A stretch of 64,000 nucleotides of DNA from the human T2T-CHM13v2.0 reference genome, Homo sapiens: the NCBI RefSeq assembly GCF_009914755.1, contig NC_060932.1; one strand, written 5' to 3'. Positions within the stretch are counted from its first letter, which is position 1. Each line of letters begins with the position of its first letter. The position numbers and the translations under genes were made by a program. Shown here piece after piece: positions 44,301 to 60,139 of the stretch. Below the pieces are notes generated by a model. It ran no database searches. It worked only from the letters and a program-made list of their open reading frames with translations, and was not told where the DNA came from.

Positions 44301-46334
44301 TGAGTTTCCACATCTGTTGATAAAGTTATGATAATAATAGTATGATTTACCTCATAGAGATGTTGGGAAGATGAATGCATGTGACATGATTAACATTGTG
44401 CTGGCTCATAGAAAGTATTTCACAAATTCTAGCCATAATAAGTATATTATTATTATTATTATTATTAAGTGGGAAATAAGTTGTAGCATTATTATCACTA
44501 TGTAATTCTTCTAAGAGCAAAAGTGACTGTGCCTAAGCTCTTAACCATTTGTGCCTAAGCTCTTAACCTGTTGAGCCATCCTGAAGGCATTCTGCTGTAC
44601 ACTCTGCTCAAGGAAGAAGAAAAGCTTGTTCCAGGAAAGCTTGTTGTTGAACTGTATGCCCTTCCCCCCTCTACCTTTGGTCCTACCCCTTGTGCCAATC
44701 CTGGCCATGACTGCCCCTGTCAGCAACCCAGGGAAGGGTCTGAGGACATTGGAAGCCTCCAGCTCTTTCTTCTCCTACATGATTTTCCAGGGCTCAGTGT
44801 TCCCCTGATGCTCCCAGGCTGTCAGTGTGAGACACCCCTGTGGCCTCCAGAGTCATGATGGGCCCACTCAGGTTTCCTGGCAGTAAGGCTCATATGCAAA
44901 CAAAACTGGAACCAGAAGGAATTATAAAAATGGTTCCACTCCTCAAGCACACTCTTGTCTGGAAATGTTTTTCAACTTTCTATTCTGTTTGGTTTGTGGA
45001 GGTTAAAAAAAAAAAAAAAGAGAGAGAACGAAAACAAACCTACAGGATCTGATTAAAAGCCAAAAAGGCTGTTGTAGGAGAGGCCACACTTCTTATAAAC
45101 ATACAAATGCACAGCAGACTATCTGAAGTCAAGGTGGTCTTTGAGCCTAATAATTGGTAGCAAATTTAGCCAAGCTGCTTAGCCTGAGAGTGATTTCTGT
45201 CCTCTGACTGCTACGTTGGCTTTGCTTGCTTACATTTGGTCTTCCAAATCAGTGTCATTCCTTTCTACCTCCATGCCTTTGCCTGTGCTATTCTTTCTTC
45301 CTGGAACACCCTTTCTTCCTGTCCCTTGCACGCCACCTGTTGAATAAATCCCACTAATTCTTCAAGGTGTAGTTTAAATGCCACTCATTGTTTCCTTCTA
45401 ATCTTTCAAGGTATAATCACAAGGATTATGTCTTTGTATGCTATTAGCACCTAGCATGGTGTCTGGTGTTCAATAAATGTTGAGTTGAAATCCCCCTTTT
45501 CTTCATTAATTTTATCCCTTAGTGTTATGTTTATGGAGACTATCAACGGGGACAAAGTTTCAAGAAATTTGGGGAAAGCTGCTTCTGCCCCAGAGTCCCT
45601 TCAAGAAAAGCCTTAAGTGCTGAAATTCCCTGAGAAGTTTAAGCTTGTAACACTTGCAGTGGTTCCCCCAAGAAATCAACCCCAACTATCTTGTATCCTC
45701 TTACCTTGCTGAAATTGATTTTCAAATGAAGGCATAATGTTAGCTTCATCTCATATGAGGACTCTTCTTCCCAAGGAAGCTACCTTGTTATTATAGCAAC
45801 TACCTTTATGGAGCTTTCCCGATTGCAAAGTATATGTGCATACATTATCTTGTTTAGCACTCATTGAGATCATGGGGCTTGGTAGAGCAGAGGATGACAT
45901 TGCGTACACAACTCCTATAATCAAGGGAATCTGGCAGTCTCTGTTATTTCAGCAGAGTCAATCTAAACAAATTTTGGATGGCTTGGGGGAAAGAAACTCA
46001 GAATTTACCAGCTGCTATAACCTCCCAAACAGCATGAAGAAAATGACACTGTTGTTTTCTGGAAAGCAAGGTTTCATACCCAAGAATTATTGTAGGGATT
46101 TGGAATCCCAAATCAAGTATTCTCCTGTATTTTACCACATATTTAAACTCTGAGGTGCTTGCTTCCAAACTGGTCAATGTAGCAACTGAATCCGGGGCCA
46201 TTAGCCATTTGTTCTGATCCAGCCACGTCGGCTAGCAGGGCTCTGAATCAATTTCAAAAGGACATACCCATAAGAGCCTTTTGATAGGTGAGGTAGGGGT
46301 TAGCTTGGTGGCCCTGGAAGAAATGGGTAACTAA

Positions 46335-46722
<388 letters not shown>

Positions 46723-48109
46723 CCTTTGTTTTCTAAGCAAAATAACACACACTTACCAAAGTTTACAGGAACTGTATGTTTAGAAACTCTAAGAATTCAT
46801 ATTCTATTCTCAAAACCAATTTTCACAGAAATTGGCTTCATAGGAGTTATTTTATTTTCATCCTTTACGATGGTCATGCTGAAGCCAGTAAGACTGATTG
46901 CACCCTAACTCAGAGTCACACACTGGATTAGGTAGTTCTGGAATTATAGACAAGTCTTCCAAAAATCCATAGTCAGCTAGTCAAGAGAAGTAGACAGGTA
47001 AAGTATGACATATTGTGAAAAGTTTTATCAGTTATGAATAAAATATCATGGAAATAGAGAAGATGGGGGAATAGTTTCTCTAGGGGAATTGAAGGAAGGT
47101 TTACTTCTTTGGAGATGTCCTTTCTTGAACTTACCAAAAACTTACCAAAACTTACAGCAACTCTGTGTTTTGTTCACATCAGTACACTTAGTTGTAGTAT
47201 CATTCCTTGTTCAGAGCAAAGCATTCAGTAAGTATTTTGGCCTGAAAAACAGCTAATATATAGCGGCGACCACTGGCCAGGCACTGTGTGCTTTCCTTGC
47301 ATTATGTTATTTAATCCTCACAGGAGCCTTACGAGCTTCCTCAGGAGAGAACCAAGAGTTAAAGAAGTTAAGATGGTCACCACAGTTCCTAGTTAGAGGC
47401 AGACCTAATCCTGAACTCACCTCTCTTGGATTCCAACCCATGTTCTCAACCACTGGACCAAACTCACTCCATTAATTAGAGAAGCTGTGTTGCTGTTTTG
47501 ATGATCATTGCTGGTATGATTACTGGCCACCCATTGGTGCCCTTAACTCATTTTCATAGCAAATAGGAGACTGTCACAGCTGGGGTAATTAGAACAGGAC
47601 CTGAGAACCCCTTTGGCCAGATGCCTTCTAGAAATAACAGTGTACCGGTTTGCTCAAGTTGGAGAGCTTCATTCTCTTGAATTGTATGAGAATTCCCTGG
47701 CTAAATGTCAAGCCTACAGGTTTACAATCTTCCATCTGACTCTTGAGCTAACTAACATCTGAGAATCCCTGCATTGTTTGGCTTTGGAAGATATGAAGAA
47801 ATTAGACTTTTGTCTTTAGGTTTACATTTTTCGAGTCCTGCTTTTCAGAAGACATTTCCACTAGGTTGGGAATGTTATACAACAGCTGTCACACAAAGTT
47901 AGCAGGGCGCACATGAAGTATAAAGTCAGGTGAGGATACTGCCTATGGGCATGGAACATCAAATAGGGCCTTAAAAAAATTGGACAGCATTCTTTAAGAG
48001 GAATCAGCCAGCCTGTGGCCTTTGAAGCAGTGACAGGAAAGAGCCCAGAAAGCCTTGCTTCTTTAAGTGGCACAACTTGCTTTCCTTGTGGTCCTCAAAG
48101 TCAGCTCAA

Positions 48110-48450
48110 CAGAAGCCACAAACCTGAGGTTTATGAGCTGGATCTGTCTGCCAAGGTATGGGTGGCCCGCATGGTATTGAAACAGTTTTGAATCATTTAT
48201 CACGTTTTAAAATCAGGAGTGAGAAGAATCTGGACCTCTGGCCTTTCCTGAGGCAATGAGGCAATATTCTGTCTCCTTTTCTGAACCAGCAGTTAGTGAC
48301 ATTTGAGCAGACACTGTGCTCAGCTCAAAGGGAGCCCCTGCCGTTTCATCCAGTTCAGCACTGTTCCTCCTCACCCTCCACTGCTAGTCACCTGGCTGCT
48401 TCACTCATTTCCATGACCTGCCTGGCCACTAAGCGTTTGCACACATGACC
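48110..48450 (+). mobile_element. MER102-like hAT element
   Basis: ggtggcccgcatggt...ttttaaaatcaggag...ccagttcagcactg. Confidence 0.5.
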
Positions 48451-50084
48451 TAGAGCACAGCTGGGAAGACAGCTGGGGGAATACAGAAAGCAGGGCAGAT
48501 GGCTGCTAGGGCATGGTCTTGAAATAAAAACCTTCCTGTCCTACCTGTTTAAAAGTCCCTCTGCTGACTTGCCAGTTGACTCTAATGTATTTGGAGGTAA
48601 CAGTCTAAATTTTGAGTAGCTGGAGCTGTTGAAGTCATCTCTGCAAGTCTTCAATAGTGTGAGCACAGGAATGGTTATTTGAAATATAGAACACTGAAGC
48701 ACCAGGTCGAGAGGACATCGAAGGTGAAGGAGCCACTCACCAAAGATGAAGCATTAGGAAGGTCTAAAGTAGTAAAGTAGAATTAATTCAGTTTTAGAGA
48801 AACTAAGTTAAAGTGTATGTAGTTCCTCCAAGTAGAGATGTCCACCTCACGACGTACTTTAGAATTAGAATCCAAGTTTAAAACCTTGCCCAAGTGCGTG
48901 CACCTAAGCGGCCTGAATGAAAGCCAATGTTATCTTCATCATACAAATGTTAGCTGCTTTTCAAACTGCTTTTAATTAGCTCATAGGGTTTTCACAACTC
49001 TTGGAAATCGGTGGGACTCGACTTTCACTTTTAGACCCAGATACAGAATGACACTTATGAAGTTTCAGGTTCTATAATCAAATTAAGATTACAGCCTGGG
49101 GCCTAGGCCTCTGGCCCATTGCTCTTCCCACTGTACCACTCTGGCAACTCCAAGTTTCAGGACAGTCAAGAGACTGGATTCTACTGTCTACACCTAGGCC
49201 TTTGAATTCAAACACGCATGGTTCTGCTCTAGCTAAACATCATTTCACTTTACTCACTATGCCAAGCCATCTTTTCAATTTTAGCAAAAGCTTTTTATCA
49301 TCTGAGAATCTTTTATTTCTGAACTTCCCCCAGGTACTGTGGCATGCTGTATTCTAGGCTCTCAGCACTTTCACATTAATCATAATTCTTTACTAGAGGC
49401 ATCTATGGCAGTGAGCCCCAAATTCAAGCTGCTTTGGGTTTCAGGATAATTGATGCTTAGTAAAATCTGATTTTTTTCTTTTAAAAACAGCAACAAATTT
49501 ACACTCAAATCAGGGTTTAAACCATAAAATCGCAGGGCTTTAAAGCTCACAGTGGGGGCCGGAGCGGGGGCAGGGGCAACAGGCCTAGTCAGAGGCTAGA
49601 ATGTAAAAGTGGGTACATGTCAGGTTACTGAACGTCCTGGTTTTGAGTTTGGCTTCTCAGATTGACCTAGGATATTTCTAGCACCTGCCTACCCACCTAG
49701 CTTGTTTGGAGCACCAAGGATGTACACACATAGCATGTCAGTTTGTATGTACTTAGCAGTTACAGAGATATATTTATGCCCCAAAGCTTCCTCTGTACCA
49801 GCCATTTGTTGGTTTCATTTTTAATCTTAATACCTTCACACATAACAATTATATATTTATTAAAATTTCAGATCACCTAGTTCTGTTAACAAAGAAGGTT
49901 GGAGACAAGCTAGTCTGTCTTCCATTTTTTAGTCTAAGACCTCTTTCTTTTGAAAAATTCATTTGGTTTGTATGGATAACTATTCTAGATAAGGCAAACA
50001 AACGAAGTGTTTGGCTCTATTAACTTTTTCAGCCAACTTTCCCTTGGGGACCACCACCAACTGAATAATGAATACTCAAAAAAG

Positions 50085-51652
50085 TACAGCTTATAACACA
50101 ACTTTTATTAGAAAAGTTATACATAACATAGCATCAACTATTTTCAAGAACAATATTAAACCCGATAAGCAACAAAAACCAGACTAACAAAATGTGTAAC
50201 AAGAAACTAATGACCTTTCTAAAATCAAACATTCAATTATCTACAATGTCTTTTTACAAACGGGGAAAACTCCTTGGTTTACAGGCACATCATATTGAAT
50301 ATAAAGCTGCAATAGCAATTTTATACAATTACCACTCTGAAGAAACTGAATCATTAAAACAGTAATTACGAGTTCACAAATTTAAAACATTTCACATAAT
50401 TTTAAATTATTGGGTATACACTGAAGTCTGAGTTTCAAAAGTGATTTTTTTTTCCCACAAAAGTTTCAACACTTAAGCTAGAACTTTCAGTGTTAACTTT
50501 GCCCTAAAAAGTTAAGACATATTCTGATAATCATAACAGTCACATGATTTCTGATGCTATCTGGTCTGTTAATAATAAAGTCTTTATTTGGATGTATTTT
50601 TCTTCAATTAAATTACAGGAAACTGGATATAGGATTTCGTTGCAACGCTATTAAAGTTCCAAACCAGGAGTGTGCAGCACTGGAAAAGGAGATCAGTACT
50701 AAAACTTACAATAAATATCAGAGAAGCCGTTAGTTTTTACAGCATCGTCTGCTTAAAAGCTAAGTTGACCAGGTGCATAATTTCCCATCAGTCTGTCCTT
50801 GTAGTAGGCAGGGCAATTTCTGTTTTCATGATCGGAATACTCAAATATATCCAAACATCTTTTTAAAACTTTGATTTATAGCTCCTAGAAAGTTATGTTT
50901 TTTAATAGTCACTCTACTCTAATCAGGCCTAGCTTTGCTCATTTTGGAGCCTCACTAAAATAACAGATTTCAGTATAGCCAAGTTCATCAGAAAGACTCA
51001 AATGGAATGATTTACAAAATAGAACACTTTAAACCAGGTCAGTCCTATCTTTTTGTAGCTGAAGGCTATCAGTCATAACACAATTTCGCGTACACCTCTG
51101 CTCATTATGGAATTACACTTAAAACGAATCTCAAGAGGGTGACCATTGTTGTTTCAGATACCATCCCTAAGGAGAGTGGTTAACAGGAAGATTGCCAGTG
51201 TTACTGATGGAAAGAAGTGTTTGTTTGTTTTTTTTTCTTGTCAAAGACTTACACCATAGTTTTAAATTAAACTGTCAGGCATTTTCTCAGACAGGTTTTC
51301 CTTTTCAATGCAGTAATGAAGAACTAAGATAAAAATCATGACTTTTGACTGCCACTCAACATTATTACATGCACCAATATTGCACACATCTGTTCTGAAC
51401 TGTTAAAATCATCTTCTGAGTCCTTGGGGTGCTGTTTTCTCCATCAGAACACAAACACAACCCATCTAATCAGTTTCCCTCAAAGATGAAATTGACAAAT
51501 TTAATGTACTGGAAAAAAATGAAGAAGGAAAAAGGCAAAGACTTTGTACAGACAAAAATCTAAGTTTTCTCAAAGGGTTCTGTGTCCCCTACACATGGGG
51601 GCAATTTGTAAGCACTAGTGAATCAAACACTAGCTATAATGCTTCTAGCTCC
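50085..51652 (-). other. RAD21: RAD21 3'UTR (~1.57 kb to the distal poly(A) site; 3' end approximate)
   Basis: Repeat-free, AU-rich stretch between the stop codon and the AATAAA at 50104-50109. Confidence 0.85.
50104..50109 (-). terminator. Distal poly(A) signal of RAD21
   Basis: Minus strand reads TGTA (50120-50123)...AATAAAAGTTGTGTTATAAGCTGTACTTTTTTGAG: upstream UGUA, hexamer, downstream U-rich element. Confidence 0.85.
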
Positions 51653-51895
<243 letters not shown>

Positions 51896-51908
51896 TCAGT
51901 GAGGATGC

Positions 51909-52319
51909 TGATACAGTTTGAATATTTGTCCCCTCCAAATCTCATGCTGAAACGTAATTTCCCAGTGTTAGAGATGGAGCCTAGTGAGGTGTTTGTGTCA
52001 TGGGGTGGGGATGGGGGTGGTGGTGGATCCCTTATCAATCACTCCCTGTGGCAATCAGTGAATTCTTGCTCGTTAGTTAACACAAGAGCTGCTTGTTTAA
52101 AAGCGCCTAGCCATCTCTCTCATGCCCTCTCTTGCCATGTGACACACCTGCTCCCCCTTTGCCTTCCACCTTGACTATAAGCTTTCTGAGGCCTCACCAG
52201 AAGCAGATGCTGGTGCTTTGCTTCTTGTATAGTCTGCAGAACTGTGAGCCAAATAAACTTCTTTATAAATTACCCAGACTCAGGTATTCCTTTAGAGCAA
52301 CACAAAACAGACTAACACA
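51909..52319 (+). mobile_element. MSTB-like MaLR solo LTR in RAD21 intron 13, antisense to the gene
   Basis: TG...CA termini; perfect TSD GATGC (51904-51908 and 52320-52324); AATAAA at 52252-52257. Confidence 0.93.
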
Positions 52320-52894
52320 GATGCTAATTTTGGTTACTGGAAAAAACAAACTATATATTCTGCTTAGGACAAAGATTGCACTTTTTTAAATAGTATGTGA
52401 TTCTCATGTTAATCAAGAGGGTAAAAGGCCAAAGTATGTTATGGTACATCTAAAATCCAAATAAGAAAGTCCAAGAAACCAGCAAAATTGTTCTGACATG
52501 TATTATTAAAATAACCAATTTCTTTAGACAGCTAATGTAATATAGTAGTAAAATCTAGCACTTATAGTTTTTAAAGTAAAAAATTAATAAACACATGTCA
52601 ACTGTCCTATTTTAAGAAACCTTGAGCAACTTGCTTGGCATTTTGCAGACATTCAAGATATCCTGTCTATGTCTAGGACATTAAAGCACAAGGAAAAGTA
52701 ACGTCTGATGCTACACAATGACCCAATAAATTTAATGATTCAGCACATTAAATTTACTCAACAAAAAACAAGAAGGTGCAGGCATACAAAGGAGTTGTGT
52801 GGTATGTCACCATGGTTCTGCTTTTCAGGAAAACCACAAGCATTCTCCTCCATGCTTTTCCGGCTTACTCTTGGCCTAACAGTTTATGTATTTA

Positions 52895-53242
<348 letters not shown>

Positions 53243-54764
53243 CTACATCTCCTAAAAGCTCCTAAATTACCTTGAGATTGTGTATTTTGAACTAATAGAA
53301 AACTGTACTTAATGCTGCTGAGCAATCACTTAGCATTTAGAGTACAAACTGAAGAGTCTGTTTTTCTTAAATTACAAGGCAAAGTCCTCTATGTGCAAGC
53401 AAACATTTGGCTGAAAGTATGCTTCTATATTGCGCTATAAGGATGCTATCTACACACACTATGTGGTCTGTGGACTGCTGCTGATCATGGAGGTTTTGGT
53501 TACTGGCCCCTCTTAAAGAACTTCAGGATATAAATCAACTGTACCACTAAATATACTGTTTATTTCAACTAAATATACATACATAAATATTGCAACATGA
53601 TTTTCTAGATGACTAATGTTCTGGCAGACTCTTAATCTCATTGTGGAGCAGTACCAAAGAGCCTGCAGACTACCTAAGTTGATTTATATGGTGTTTTAAA
53701 ATGAATGGGCTATACTCCTTATTATATATTTCACTTGAGCAACCTAGTTCTCAGCCACATGCTGCCTAAATGACTTTTTAAAGTCCAAGGTGGGTGCAAG
53801 GCAGCAGTTGTGATGTTCCCAGGCTATGGTGAAACTATATACCAGCCATAACAGAAACCACAACTATTTTAATACTCATTCACAACTAAGTCTGAGATAA
53901 TGGCACATCCTCACACATAGGTAGAAGTGGCTCTGAAACTAATTTTGGCTTTAAAATAAGATATTCATATTAAAGATAAGCACTATTATTAGAATTAAGA
54001 ACAGATGCTACTGAAAATTTATCCAATCCATAACCTTTTTTGGTCTTGAAGAAATTTAAACAGCTTCAATGCTACCTAAAGGACACCTTATTTTAAATTT
54101 AAAGGTTTAAGTAACATATCCGATAGAGTATCAAACAGAAGAATAAATTCTAAGTCTTAAACAACAACCTCAATGATCCAGAAATTAGGAAGAAAAAGAA
54201 GAAAAAAGACCTTCAACAGTGTAAACATGCCCCAGGAAAAAGAAATTGATTCCTAAAACACCTCTTACTTTGTAAAAAGAAAAAGTCATTTAAGCCTTCA
54301 CTCAGTCTAAGTGTTTTAGCAAAGTTATGCTTTACCCTGGTCCAAGTAAAAGAAAAACAAAAACAAAACCCAGACAAGTGGAAAACATATGGTTATCTGA
54401 TTTCCAGGCCACCACAGATACAGAAAAGGTTATATCAGAAGCAGACAATAACAGCAGTAAGAATCGTCCACTGACCACAAGACAGTAAAAGCAGCTACAC
54501 GCAATTTAGAAGCCAAGCAAGAAATCAGTGTAAGGACAATTCCATGTCCTTCAAAACCCCACAAGAGAGCCAATGAGTTACAGCGAAGCATAAAATTTGA
54601 TGTTCCTAATGATGATCAATACCACGAAGAATATGGTAAAATTTTGCTTATATTCTAACATTTTTAAATAACTCTGATGCTCAGCATCAATTAAGTTAGC
54701 CCCAATATGAAAAATAAAGCTGGTTGGAGGTTTTTGCTAAATCTGGAATGAAAATTATTAATTA

Positions 54765-55031
<267 letters not shown>

Positions 55032-55484
55032 TTATATCTCTATACTTCCCCACAAGGAAAAATTTATTACAGTATATATCTTTTTTGATTTTTTATAAAA
55101 CTACATTGAAGTAGCTTACAAAAGAAACTGACTGCTTATCCTAAACCATGTTTCATTTTCATACTTACTTTTTAGGAGTCAAATGCTTTTTAACTACTAA
55201 AGCTTCTGTAAGGTTATTATATTGTAACTTATAAATCATAAGCTTTCTCTCTGAGAGTCTTGAATGTCTCACGGCAGCAAATAATAGGAGTGAGGACATT
55301 GCTTTTCTGGGTCCACTTCCTATATCTTCTCTCAGGCTTTACAGAAAGAGTTAAGAACATTAAAACCAAAGTCTTTAAAAGAAACTAAAGAATTACCAGA
55401 AGGAGGGTGGTTATGAAAGTCACCTACTCATTACTGTGTTCCTATTCCTGAGCTCATACAGAAAAATGCTCTTATTGACAACTC

Positions 55485-55503
55485 TTACCACCAGAGGGCA
55501 CAG
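55485..55503 (+). promoter_or_regulatory. Candidate CTCF binding site in RAD21 intron 11
   Basis: TTACCACCAGAGGGCACAG matches the core consensus CCASYAGRKGGCRS at every position. Confidence 0.6.
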
Positions 55504-56034
55504 AAAACTAGTTCTTAAAATTGGCAGAGTATTCTTGATGGAGGCTGAACAAGAAGCCTAAGGTTATCTAAAAGCCTCCCTTTGCACAAATTCATTTATT
55601 CTATGGACTTAAGATTGGAAAGCCCTAAACCAAACCCTACTATTTCCTCCTTCATACTTGCTTAGCTTTCCTATCCTAGCTGAACTCAATGGTAGTCAAA
55701 GTTTGAATGAAGCAGACAGATACTGCTTTACATTTTCTCAGGTATTTGAAGTTTATTCTGATTACTTAATAAGATGACCTAAAACTGCCTAGTACTGAAG
55801 GTGTGCAGGAATGTTTGCCAAATAATAAATCAGAACCAACTTCAGAGTCAAGGATGCTCACTCTGGAGCACTCTAAAGCAATACTATTCAAAAAGAGTCA
55901 GGAAAGACTGCACCGACTCCCAGAACATATTCTCTCACTCCGAGTGGACTGTCTATATCCTGTTGCTCTTCTTCCTCTGGACTCATTCCTTACCATTTTC
56001 TGTCAAAACCAAGATACTTTAAAAGGCCTCCCTA

Positions 56035-56259
<225 letters not shown>

Positions 56260-56663
56260 TCATATGAAGAGAAAACATAGGTCATACAGTTTTGAACAGT
56301 ATTATAGAACCATTTATTTTTTAAACTAGTACACTAAGACATACATAATGCTTTCTTTAATGAAGAAGGCCAGATAAAATTTTAGCTCCATAAAGATTTA
56401 CTCAATTTTTAGCAATATACGTAAAGGGGAAAGGGGATCTTAAAAGGACAAGTCCTACCCTCAGTACAATGTAGGACAATTCTTTAGCAGACTATCTACC
56501 CTGCCAGTTCTGAACCTTAAAACTCTGGAAAGACAGGAGGCTTCATACTTAAATAAGGCAATCAGATCCAATGCATTTCCCTGCCCAAACATTTGAGTAT
56601 ATCTTTGATTCCTCATTTCTTTCACTCTGACAGTATAAAGGTAAATTTTAAGCCAAATACTCA

Positions 56664-56861
<198 letters not shown>

Positions 56862-57239
56862 CTATTAAAAAAAAAAAAAAGAAAAATTTCAATTATAAAA
56901 TAAATCTAATTAAAAAGTCACCACTGATTTCTATCTTCCAAAGGTATGTTCTAATAAATATAAGTGTATAATTTAGCATGGCTTTTATCATATTCACATT
57001 TCATTCCATCTGAAAATGATTTTAAATGAGTTTTCAAATTATAACTGCAGACATTTTAGATAAACTAAAAAAACTGTATCCATTATCTCACAACCTTAAG
57101 GGCTTTTCTATTTATCTGCCTGCAGTTTATTTTCATATTCATCAATTAAAACTCATCCTAACTGGTCTCATACAAAATAGCTTTAAATTGTGTTTTCTTC
57201 CCTTACATATGGTAACCTTATTAGCTATCATTTAAACTA

Positions 57240-57531
57240 TTTTTTTTTTGAGATGGAGTCTCACTCTGTCGCCCAGGCTGGAGTGCAGTGGCACAATCTC
57301 AGCTCATTGCAACCTCCGCGCCCCCGGTTCAAGTGATTCTTGTGCCTCAGCCTCCTGAGTAGCTGGGATTACAGGTGTGTACCACCACACACGGCTAATT
57401 TTTATATTATTAGTACAGACGGTATTTTACCATGTTAGCCAAGCTGGTCTCAAACTCCTGACCTCAAGTGATCCACTCGCCTCAGCCTCCCAAAGTGCTG
57501 GGATTACAGGCATGAGCGACTGCTTCTGGTC
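57240..57531 (-). mobile_element. AluS in RAD21 intron 9
   Basis: TSD tcatttaaacta. Confidence 0.94.
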
Positions 57532-58391
57532 TCATTTAAACTACTTTTAATGGCTACATAATATTTCATTTTGAACCATTCCTCTACTTTTAAAATTTCA
57601 GGCTTCTCTCTTTTTAAACTGTAAAGAACAATGTAATCAACATTTTCACAGAGATAGCTTTTCCACACTTTGAATTACTTCCTTAGGAAAAATTTCTAAT
57701 AATGAAATTACTGAGTCAAAGAATAAATAGTTTAAGGACCTTCTTAAAAATAATTATATGATAGGGCTTACAATAAAGAGCACAATGTTGTTGCTCTGGG
57801 ATACTTTAGATTTAGAATATATTACTATATTCTAAATACACGGTAAAATCAATAGGTTCTGTGCATATCTCAACTTCAGACAGAATAGTAGCCTAACAGC
57901 ACTGCTTCATTCACCAGACACCTGTGAGTCTTATTTTGGAATACTGTGGAATGTGAGCAGAAAAGAGCCTATAAATGGAAAAACAAACAAACAAACAAAA
58001 AAACAAAACAACAAAAAACCTCCTGAAGCCAGAATTCTTTACTGTGGAAAAAGGAGAACCACTCATGTTTCATTCAGAAAACATTTCAAGAATTCAGATG
58101 TAAAACACACTAAGACGATATAACTAATAATTTATTACAGAGAGAAGTATTATTAAACACGTCAGTGGCTTTTTAATGTAAGGAAAATTCATTTTACATC
58201 TTTTAGAAATGCAGGTCTCACTTATCCATATATTTCAGATGAAGTTATGCCCAGTACACTGTGATTTAAGGGAGAAAAAAGAAAATGTGCCATACAGTTG
58301 CAAAATACTTGATCAAAAATGATTCAAAGGTTTTAGAATCTTTTTTTTTTAGATGCTCAAAATGTATATGAAGTAAAAATTCTGCAAACTA

Positions 58392-58679
<288 letters not shown>

Positions 58680-59711
58680 CTACAAGATCTGGACTGACTA
58701 TATTCCCCTGCTTTTCTACACACAGACTCTAGCAGAGAAGTTAAACTTCATGAGGATAGAACGTTTTAACTCATGTTTTCCAACCACCATTCAGAAGAGA
58801 GGCTGGAACACAACGGGCATTCAACAAAAATTTGCTGAATGAGTATGTATAGACTTTTAGCACAAAATAAGCAAAATGACGCAAGGGCCAACACATTTTT
58901 GCCTATGTAGTTTTATACTGTAAACAATGAACATATCACACTCTTCAGAGTTGGGCTCATTTTCTCATTTGAAACAGGGCCCATCACTCAAACTCACAGA
59001 TTGAGTTTTCTTTAATGATTGTAAATACTGTTATTTTTATTAGAAAAGTTGTAATTCACATATGGCAGTTGTGGAAGCTGCTTGATAGAATGAAACAAGC
59101 CCAAGCCCAGTCAGATAGACCTGTTAACTCCATCCTAGACATTTTAAGAGTCATTTCTAATCCTTACAACTTACAAGTAGGTTGTATTGCCTCACTTTTT
59201 TAAAATGCAGAAAAGCGCATGGGGTTAAATAAAATCCTCAAGATTTCACCCTGTCAGACATACCCCAAAGGTTTTTGGTTCAACACTTAAAAAAAAAATA
59301 CAAAAAGATGTTACACAGTGAGAGTCTCTCTCTAATCTCACCATCTAATACAGTATATATTTTACTTAATTGCCCATTTCCCTCATCAATGGGAAACCCA
59401 AAAGGGTAATCTTGCTCTACTTAAAGGTAAAAACTATGTCTAAATTACACTGTAATCAATTTCAAGTATTCTATCCTACTGTCCTCATAAACCATCTAGA
59501 AATTGTTAGGTTTTATATCCCCATTATCTCAAATTGTCTGTCATTCAGAAGCAGCCTTCCTCAAATTAAATAATGTGTCTTGCAATGTTACTTAAAAAAA
59601 CTACAAGAAAAAGATTATTCTAGAAATTTTGACATTTCCAGTTTTTAAATTTAAAAAAATTTCTTTTTTCAGAATGTGTGGAAAAAGGCAAATTCTAAGA
59701 GTGCATAAAAT

Positions 59712-59853
59712 TTTTAAAAAAATTTCTTCTTGAAGAGACAGGTCTTACTATATTTACTGCCCAAGCTGGTCTCAAACTCCTGGCCTCAAGTGGTTTTCCT
59801 GCTTGGGCCTCCCAAAGTACTGGATTACAAGTGTGAGCCACCACACCAGCCTC
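59712..59853 (-). mobile_element. FLAM-like monomer in intron 8
   Basis: Left-arm monomer only. Confidence 0.82.
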
Positions 59854-60139
59854 TAGTTTTGTTTTTTTTTTTAAAAGAATACTTTTAGTTTTTTCCAGCT
59901 CGTAGACCAACTGCACAGCATTTAGAATTGTACTTTATTGAAAAAAGCTTTCCAATGTTTTCCAGTTGTTACACAAGTAAGCTGCTAACTTTCTGGGAAC
60001 CCCAGGAGACTAAGATATGCATTATCAGAAAGCTTGTTCTATACTTTTGTATTTCACAGCAACTTGCACAGACATTCTACAAAATACTCAAAATTATAAT
60101 TGGATAGAAGAAAGACTCTATGACAGATGACTGTGACAT

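Noticed and set aside
49554-49578. G-rich run downstream of the RAD21 poly(A) site as a G-quadruplex or termination pause
   Set aside because: Only three runs of at least 3 G, and the nascent RAD21 RNA would be C-rich here.
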